Both the position numbers and the translations under genes were made by a program. The notes under the pieces were generated by a model. It was not told the origin of the DNA. It ran no database searches and worked only from the letters and a program-made list of their open reading frames with translations. 64,000 bases of DNA from an uncultured Candidatus Binatia bacterium (lineage in GTDB: Bacteria; Desulfobacterota; Binatia; UBA9968; JAJDTQ01): positions 1,920,001-1,984,000 of the forward strand of contig OZ251459.1 in NCBI GenBank assembly GCA_965242525.1, in the 5' to 3' direction. This document shows positions 58,000 to 64,000 of the stretch, one piece after another (position 1 is the first letter of the stretch; every line of letters begins with the position of its first letter).

Positions 58000-58605
58000 C
58001 TAGTCCTTCATCCCCTCGCCCACGGAGTAGCGCACGAAGCGCCGGACCCGGATGTTCTCCCCCAGACGGGCCACGGAGTCCTGGATCAGGTCCTTCACCC
58101 GGCGGGCCGGCTCCTTGATGAACGCCTGCTCCATGAGGCAGGCCTCCTCGTAGAAACGCTCCATCTTGCCGGCGACGATCTTCTCCAGCACGGGCTCGGG
58201 CTTGTTCATCTCACTGGCCTGTTGGCGGTAGATGGCCCTCTCCCGCTCCAGCTCTTCCTCGCCCACGTCCTCCCGGCGGACGTAGCGCGGGCTGGCCGCG
58301 GCCACCTGCATGGACAGGTCCTTGACCAGGGCCTGGAACTCATCGGTCCGGGCCACGAAGTCGGTCTCGCAGTTCACTTCCAGCAGGACCCCGATCCTGT
58401 TGCCGCCGTGGATGTACGCGCCCACCAGGCCCTCGCTGGCCTCACGCTCGGCCTTGCGCGCGGCGAGGGCCAGTCCCTTGGCCCTCAGATGGTCCACGGC
58501 CTTCTCGAAGTCGCCCTCGCACTCCACGAGGGCCTTCTTGCAGTCCATGAAACCCGCGCCGGTTTTGTCCCGCAACTGCTTGACTAGACTCGCATCGATG
58601 GCCAT
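58000..58605 (-). CDS. tsf: Elongation factor Ts (short form)
   Basis: [35 protein letters not shown]. Confidence 0.96.
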   Translation of the reverse strand: MAIDASLVKQLRDKTGAGFMDCKKALVECEGDFEKAVDHLRAKGLALAARKAEREASEGLVGAYIHGGNRIGVLLEVNCETDFVARTDEFQALVKDLSMQVAAASPRYVRREDVGEEELERERAIYRQQASEMNKPEPVLEKIVAGKMERFYEEACLMEQAFIKEPARRVKDLIQDSVARLGENIRVRRFVRYSVGEGMKD

Positions 58606-58612
58606 GCCTGCC

Positions 58613-59560
58613 TCAACTCTCCGCCGCGGTGGGCGCATCCGGGGACTTTTCCGCGTCGGCGCCTTCCTGCGCGGGTTCCGCCGCGGGTCCGTCCGCGGCC
58701 GCCGCCGGCTCCCCTGCGGCCGGTTCCGCGGCCGGCGGCTTCGCAGCCGCCGGTTCCGCGGCTACCGGCTCGTCCCCCGTCGAAGCCCCTTCGCTCGACT
58801 CCGCCTCCGCGCCCGGCTCGGACTGCTCGGCTTCGGCCTCCGCCGCGGCTTCGGCCTCCATCTTCGCCTGGTCGCAGAGCGCCTTGCCCTCGTTGACGGC
58901 TTCCGCCATCAGGCTGCAAAAGAGCCGGATGGCGCGGATGGCGTCGTCGTTGCCGGGGATCTTGTAGTCCACCAGGTCGGGGTCGCAGTCGGTGTCGATG
59001 ATCGCGATCACCTTGATGCCCAGCTTCCGCGCCTCGCGGACCGCGATGGATTCCTGTCCGGGGTCGATGACGAACATGGCGTCCGGCAGCTTCCGGATGT
59101 CCTTGATCCCTCCGAGGGCGCGCTCCAGCTTGGCCCGCTCGCGGTTGTGGGACAGCATCTCCTTCTTGGTCAGCGCCTCCACCACCTTGGGGTCGTTGGC
59201 CATTTCCTCCAGCTTCTTGAGGCGGTCGATGCTCTGCCGGACGGTCTGGAAATTGGTCAGGGTGCCGCCCAGCCACCGGTGGTGGACGTAGGACATGCCG
59301 CAGCGCTCCGCCTCTTCGCGGACCGAATCCTGGGCCTGCTTCTTGGTGCCCACGAACAGCACGTGGCCGCCGGCCACGATCATGTCCCGGACCTGGACGC
59401 AGACGTCCTTGACCATCTTCACGGTCTGCTGGAGGTCGATGATGTGAATCCCGTTCCGGGCCCCGAAGATGTAGGGCTTCATCTTGGGATTCCAGCGGCT
59501 GGTCTGGTGCCCGAAGTGGACCCCGGCTTCCAGCAACTGCTTCATGGATATGTCCGTCAT
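58613..59560 (-). CDS. rpsB: 30S ribosomal protein S2 with an Ala/Glu/Pro-rich tail
   Basis: [31 protein letters not shown]. Confidence 0.97.
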   Translation of the reverse strand: MTDISMKQLLEAGVHFGHQTSRWNPKMKPYIFGARNGIHIIDLQQTVKMVKDVCVQVRDMIVAGGHVLFVGTKKQAQDSVREEAERCGMSYVHHRWLGGTLTNFQTVRQSIDRLKKLEEMANDPKVVEALTKKEMLSHNRERAKLERALGGIKDIRKLPDAMFVIDPGQESIAVREARKLGIKVIAIIDTDCDPDLVDYKIPGNDDAIRAIRLFCSLMAEAVNEGKALCDQAKMEAEAAAEAEAEQSEPGAEAESSEGASTGDEPVAAEPAAAKPPAAEPAAGEPAAAADGPAAEPAQEGADAEKSPDAPTAAES

Positions 59561-59698
59561 AACGTCAGAACCTCGAATTCCGGGCAGCGAAACGTCCTGT
59601 CCCGCGTTCCCGCGGGTCCATCCGCCGACCCCGGCCGGCTGCCGGGAGTGGAAGGAAAACGACCTTGGGCTATTAGCAAAATCGGCCCCGCCACGCAA
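59561..59698 (-). promoter_or_regulatory. rpsB promoter and GC-rich leader
   Basis: TTGCGT (59698-59693), 17-nt spacer, TG-c-TAATAG extended -10 (59675-59670); about 100-nt leader where S2 autoregulatory elements occur in other bacteria. Confidence 0.4.
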
Positions 59699-59726
59699 GG
59701 GAACTCCGGGGAGGCGCCCCGTCCGC

Positions 59727-61088
59727 TCAGGTGTTCATGGACTCCAGGAACTCCTTGTTGCCCTTGGTGCCGTGGAGCTTGTCGAGGAGGAACTCCATGG
59801 CCTCGACCACGCTGAGCTGCGAAAGCACCTTGCGGAGGATCCAGATGCGGTTCAGGTCTTCCCTGGGGATCAGCAGCTCTTCCTTGCGGGTGCCGGACTT
59901 GTTGATGTCCACCGCCGGGAACACGCGCTTGTCCATGAGCCGCCGGTCCAGGTTGATCTCCATGTTGCCGGTCCCCTTGAACTCCTCGAAGATCACTTCG
60001 TCCATGCGGCTGCCGGTGTCGATCAGGGCGGTGGCGATGATCGTGAGGCTGCCGCCGTCCTCGATGTTGCGCGCGGCGCCGAAGAACTTCTTGGGCTTGT
60101 GCAGCGCGTTGGAATCGACGCCGCCCGAGAGGATCTTGCCGCTCGGCGGGACCACCGTGTTGTAGGCCCGGGCCAGGCGGGTGATGCTGTCGAGCAGGAT
60201 GATCACGTCCTTGCCGTGCTCCACCAGCCGTTTGGCCTTCTCGATGACCATCTCGGCCACTTGCACGTGGCGCGTGGCCGGCTCGTCGAAGGTGGAGCTC
60301 ACCACCTCCCCCACCACCGACCGCTGCATGTCGGTGACCTCTTCCGGGCGTTCGTCGATGAGCAGGACGATGAGGACCGCGCCCGGATGGTTGTGGGCGA
60401 TGGCCTTGGCGATGTTCTGGAGCATCATCGTCTTGCCGGTCCGCGGCGCCGCCACCACCAGCCCGCGCTGGCCCATGCCGATGGGCGTCAACAGGTCGAT
60501 GAAGCGCGTGGTGTATTCGTTGGGCTGGTGCTCCAGCGTGATGCGCTTGTCGGGGTAGAGCGGGGTCAGGTTGTCGAAGAGGATCTTGTCCCGGACCCGG
60601 TCGGGCTCGTCGTTGTTGATGGACTCGACCTTGAGCAGCGCGAAATACCGCTCACCGTCCTTGGGAGGCCGTATCTGCCCGGAGATGATGTCTCCCGTGC
60701 GCAGGCCGAAACGCCGGATCTGGCTCGGCGAGACGTAGATGTCGTCCGGTCCGGGGAGGTAGTTGTAGTCCGGCGCCCTCAGGAAGCCGAACCCGTCGGG
60801 CAGAGTCTCCAGGACCCCCTCCCCGTACACGTAACCGTTCTTCTCGGTCTGCGCCTGCAGGATGGCGAATATCAGGTCCTGCCGCCGCATGTTCGCGGCG
60901 CTCTCGATGCTGAACCCTTTGCCGATGTTCGCCAACTCGGCGATCTTCTTGGACTTGAGCGAGCTGAGGTTCAAGCCGTTCTGGTGGATGGGCTCCGCTG
61001 CCGAAGCCGCTCGACTCCTGCGATGGTTCGGAGCCGAATCCCCCCTGGTCTCGCTTTCCACTGCGGAGCGCGTGCGTACGTTAGCCAT
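59727..61088 (-). CDS. rho: Transcription termination factor Rho
   Basis: [49 protein letters not shown]. Confidence 0.98.
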   Translation of the reverse strand: MANVRTRSAVESETRGDSAPNHRRSRAASAAEPIHQNGLNLSSLKSKKIAELANIGKGFSIESAANMRRQDLIFAILQAQTEKNGYVYGEGVLETLPDGFGFLRAPDYNYLPGPDDIYVSPSQIRRFGLRTGDIISGQIRPPKDGERYFALLKVESINNDEPDRVRDKILFDNLTPLYPDKRITLEHQPNEYTTRFIDLLTPIGMGQRGLVVAAPRTGKTMMLQNIAKAIAHNHPGAVLIVLLIDERPEEVTDMQRSVVGEVVSSTFDEPATRHVQVAEMVIEKAKRLVEHGKDVIILLDSITRLARAYNTVVPPSGKILSGGVDSNALHKPKKFFGAARNIEDGGSLTIIATALIDTGSRMDEVIFEEFKGTGNMEINLDRRLMDKRVFPAVDINKSGTRKEELLIPREDLNRIWILRKVLSQLSVVEAMEFLLDKLHGTKGNKEFLESMNT

Positions 61089-61261
61089 AAACCGTCCTTT
61101 CCCTCACGCTGCTGTCAACTCGCCCAACCGGACGAGAAGCGGCCGCCGGCCAAGCCGGTCGAACGAATCGGCTCGAAACGGACCCGATGTAGTAAAGATG
61201 GACAAAAAGCGGGTTGGATCAGAAGCGACCGGGACGCCGTCCTCGTGACGAGGCAGGGTGG

Positions 61262-61290
61262 ATAGTAGGCGAAATGGACCGCTTTGTCAA
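61262..61290 (-). promoter_or_regulatory. Sigma70-type promoter of rho (about 170-nt leader)
   Basis: TTGACA (61290-61285), 17-nt spacer, TACTAT (61267-61262). Confidence 0.6.
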
Positions 61291-61306
61291 GCATGGGCGT
61301 TCCGGT

Positions 61307-62290
61307 TCAGCCTGCCATCCCGGTGTCGTTCCGGAACCGGAGCACGCTGCACGGGGCGCCGCCCCGGCTCGCGGGACCGATCCGGTCCAGTATCCCGCGG
61401 GCATGGACCACGTCCTCTTCGATCTGCCGGACGAGCCGTTCCGCGGAGGGGAACTTCCGCTCTTCCCGGAGCCTTTCCACGAAATGGACTTGCAGCCGGC
61501 GGCCGTACAGGTCCTCGTCGAAGTCCAGCACGTGCGTCTCGATGGTCCTGGCCCCCGGCCCGAAAGTGGGGTTCACCCCGATACTGGTGACGCTGGGCAG
61601 GAGCCGCCCGTCCAACTCGACGAACGTCGCATAGATCCCGTTGGCCGGCGCCGCCTCCGTCCTGCTGCGCACGTTGGCGGTGGGGAAGCCCAGCTCCCGG
61701 CCTCGTCGATGGCCCGGGACCACCCGTCCTTCGATGAAATGGCAGCGGCCCAGTTGCCGCCGCGCGGCCTCCACCTGGCCGTCTTCCACCAGCGCGCGGA
61801 TGCGGCTGCTGCTGATGGCGTGGTCCGAGTCCGCCACCGCCCGGATGACCTCCACCCGGATCCCCGCGGCAGGCCCCCAAGTCGTCAGATCCTTGACGGT
61901 CCCGGCCCGGTCCTTGCCGAAACGGAAGTCTTCCCCCACCCACAGGGTCTCCACCCCGAGCCGGGCCAGGTACCCGTTCACGAAATCATGGGCCGACAAC
62001 GCGCAGAAGCTCGGGGTAAAGCGCTGGATCAGCACGTAGTCGATGCCCACGCGCCGCAGCAGCGCCAGCTTGTCCTTGCGCGCGAGGATCAACCGCGGCG
62101 CAAAGTCGGGGGCGAGGATCTTGAGCGGATGGGGTTCGAAGGTCAGGACCACGGAGGATCCTCCCCGGGACCTCGCGTCCTCCATCACCCGGCGGAGCAG
62201 GTCCTGGTGTCCCAGGTGCACTCCGTCGAAGTTGCCGATGGTCACGACCGGGCGAACGATGGTGCGCTTGACGTGTCGCAGAATCTGCAT
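61307..62290 (-). CDS. ribF: Bifunctional riboflavin kinase / FAD synthetase
   Basis: IGNFDGVHLGH, TFEPHP, ISSSRIR, GRELGFPTAN, IETHVLDF. Confidence 0.96.
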   Translation of the reverse strand: MQILRHVKRTIVRPVVTIGNFDGVHLGHQDLLRRVMEDARSRGGSSVVLTFEPHPLKILAPDFAPRLILARKDKLALLRRVGIDYVLIQRFTPSFCALSAHDFVNGYLARLGVETLWVGEDFRFGKDRAGTVKDLTTWGPAAGIRVEVIRAVADSDHAISSSRIRALVEDGQVEAARRQLGRCHFIEGRVVPGHRRGRELGFPTANVRSRTEAAPANGIYATFVELDGRLLPSVTSIGVNPTFGPGARTIETHVLDFDEDLYGRRLQVHFVERLREERKFPSAERLVRQIEEDVVHARGILDRIGPASRGGAPCSVLRFRNDTGMAG

Positions 62291-62398
62291 CGTGCGGTTG
62301 ACGCCGCAGCCCTGCATTCCGAGAGCTGTCGGCGGCGGCGGGCGGCCCGTCCGGGCTCGAACGAGGCCGCATTCGCGGAAGACCCGGGAAATCCGGGA

Positions 62399-63280
62399 TC
62401 AGGTGTCCAGGGCCTGGATCTTTGCTTGCGCCTTTCCGGCTTCCTTGGATTGCGGGTACCGATTGATGACTTCCTGGAGAAAGAGTCTGGCGTCCACGCG
62501 GTTCCCCAACTCCACGAAGGCGTACCCGATCTTGAGCCAAGCCGCGGGAGTCTTGTCGCCGTCGGGGTATTTCTTGAGGACCGCGTCGAATTCGAGGATG
62601 GCCTGGTCGAACTCCCCGAGCGCATAGTGGCTTTCGCCGACCCAGTACTGCGCGTTGTCCGTCAGGCTGCTGTCCGGATGCTTTTCGACGAACTTCTTGA
62701 ACTGCTGGATGGCTCCGCGATAGTCCTGTTCGCGCAACCGCTTCCACGCATCCTCGTAATCCTGCCGGACCGCGGCCGCGTCACCGTCCTGCCGGACGGG
62801 AGCGCCCGGTTTGGCGTCCCCTGCCACAGGAGCGGGGACCCCGGGAGGAGCGGGAACGCCCGGAGCCGCGGCCGCGGTATCGGCCGGGACCCGGGGCCGG
62901 TTCAGCACCGCGTCCCGCAGCAGCCGGAGTTCCTCCCCTCGCACCTGCAGCGTCTCCCGCTGGCTCCGGACCTCGGTCTCGAGGGCCGCCAACCGCTGGC
63001 TCAACTCCGGCAGGCTCACGGAACCGCCTCCTGCGCTCCGGATCTCTTCGACGGACCCCTCCACCGCGTTCACCCGCTGTCCCATGGAGGTGAGCTCCGC
63101 GCGGGTGTCCGCCAGTTGTTGGCGGGTGCGGTCGAGCTGCGCCGACAACTCGTCGAACTCGGCCCGCTCGCTCTCCGTCAACGGCGCCCGGTCGTAGGGC
63201 GCCGGCGCCGCGTGGTAATCGACGGTGCAACCCGACGCCAGCAACAGGATGGCGAACACGGCCGGAACGGCCACCCGCAT
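62399..63280 (-). CDS. cpoB: Tol-Pal system protein YbgF/CpoB
   Basis: Lipobox (LASGC), coiled coil, TPR (NAQYWVGESHY, KYPDGDKTPAA); downstream of pal. Confidence 0.9.
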   Translation of the reverse strand: MRVAVPAVFAILLLASGCTVDYHAAPAPYDRAPLTESERAEFDELSAQLDRTRQQLADTRAELTSMGQRVNAVEGSVEEIRSAGGGSVSLPELSQRLAALETEVRSQRETLQVRGEELRLLRDAVLNRPRVPADTAAAAPGVPAPPGVPAPVAGDAKPGAPVRQDGDAAAVRQDYEDAWKRLREQDYRGAIQQFKKFVEKHPDSSLTDNAQYWVGESHYALGEFDQAILEFDAVLKKYPDGDKTPAAWLKIGYAFVELGNRVDARLFLQEVINRYPQSKEAGKAQAKIQALDT

Positions 63281-63357
63281 GGACACGCAACCCTCTCGCA
63301 AAGGAAGAACCCGTGGACGGTTATGACCGGGAGCCTGCCCGCGCAAGCGAGACTCCA

Positions 63358-63954
63358 CTAGGAGGCGGGACCTTGGCCCCGGACGACGAAATGCGCACGC
63401 CGGTTCTTGCTCCAACATTCCTCCGAGCTCGCTCCGCAGACGGGGAGCTCTTCACCGTAGCTGACGGTGGACAGACGCTCCGGAGCGTTCCCCAGGGTGA
63501 CGAGGTAATCCTTGACCGCCTGGGCCCTCCTCGCGCCCAGCGCCAGGTTGTACTCGGTGGTGCCCCGGTTGTCCGCGTGGCCTTCGATCTCGATGGAAAC
63601 TCCCGGGTTCTGCCGGATCCAGTCCGAGTTGTTTTGCAGGGCGTCGCGCGCATCGGGTCCCAGGTCGGCCCGGTCGAACCCGAAATAGACGTCCTTCAAG
63701 GCGCCGGTGGCCGGGGCAACCCCTTTCCTGAGGGCGTCCAGGCTTCCCTCCGGGCCCGGGGCCCCGCTCGCCCCCCCATCCTGGGCCAGGTTTCCCTCGG
63801 AGATGGAGCCCCCCTCGCCCTGGCCCGCCTGGGCCGATGACGGCGACGGGTCCGGCGCCAGCGGAGCCGGATCGACGGGAGGAGGCGGGGCGCACGCCCC
63901 GAGCAGGGCGAGACAGACGGAGCAAACCAGCAGGACAAACGCCTTTCGCATCAT
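63358..63954 (-). CDS. pal: Peptidoglycan-associated lipoprotein
   Basis: Lipobox LGAC, VYFGFD, IEGHADNRGTTEYNLALGARRA, VSYGEE, KNRRA. Confidence 0.95.
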   Translation of the reverse strand: MMRKAFVLLVCSVCLALLGACAPPPPVDPAPLAPDPSPSSAQAGQGEGGSISEGNLAQDGGASGAPGPEGSLDALRKGVAPATGALKDVYFGFDRADLGPDARDALQNNSDWIRQNPGVSIEIEGHADNRGTTEYNLALGARRAQAVKDYLVTLGNAPERLSTVSYGEELPVCGASSEECWSKNRRAHFVVRGQGPAS

Positions 63955-64000
63955 CCCCTACTTTCTCGTGCTTCTCGAAGCTCTGTGGAAACGACTCACG

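Noticed and set aside
58613-58870. Ala/Glu/Pro-rich repetitive tail of S2
   Set aside because: Low-complexity acidic extensions of S2 are common in high-GC bacteria.
63955-64000. 3' end of tolB upstream of pal
   Set aside because: The 46 nt available show no recognisable TolB sequence.

Overview
High-GC bacterial chromosome segment. The gene orders ccsA-hemA-hemC-hemD-hemB and ilvB-ilvN-ilvC-psd-pssA-leuA suggest a deltaproteobacteria-like or Binatota-like organism (inference). Housekeeping blocks cover haem synthesis (0.7-5.5 kb), branched-chain amino acid and phospholipid genes (40-52 kb) and pal-cpoB-ribF-rho-rpsB-tsf-pyrH-frr-uppS-cdsA-dxr-rseP-tsaB (52-64 kb). Between them are a Gld-type ABC system, a catabolic region (enolase-family enzyme, hydroxyacid dehydrogenase, crotonase, hydantoinase A/B, citryl-CoA-lyase-like protein, UbiD, SDR, TctABC, LLM oxidoreductase) and three defence/toxin-antitoxin patches. 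Main observations: (1) an apparent leucine attenuator for leuA whose 'leader peptide' is the rare-Leu-codon-rich 3' end of the full-length pssA gene, with mutually exclusive protector, antiterminator and terminator pairings readable in the sequence; (2) a Type III Res subunit ending in a VapB-like tail and translationally coupled to an otherwise orphan VapC toxin; (3) a collapsed BREX type 3 locus in which only an SDH Clp-fold protease and a small partner remain intact. Also seen: a frameshifted leuC, a probable ATC start for psd, and several deletion-fused gene remnants. No rRNA, tRNA, CRISPR array, integrase or transposase was recognised. All family assignments come from motif recognition by eye, without database searches.
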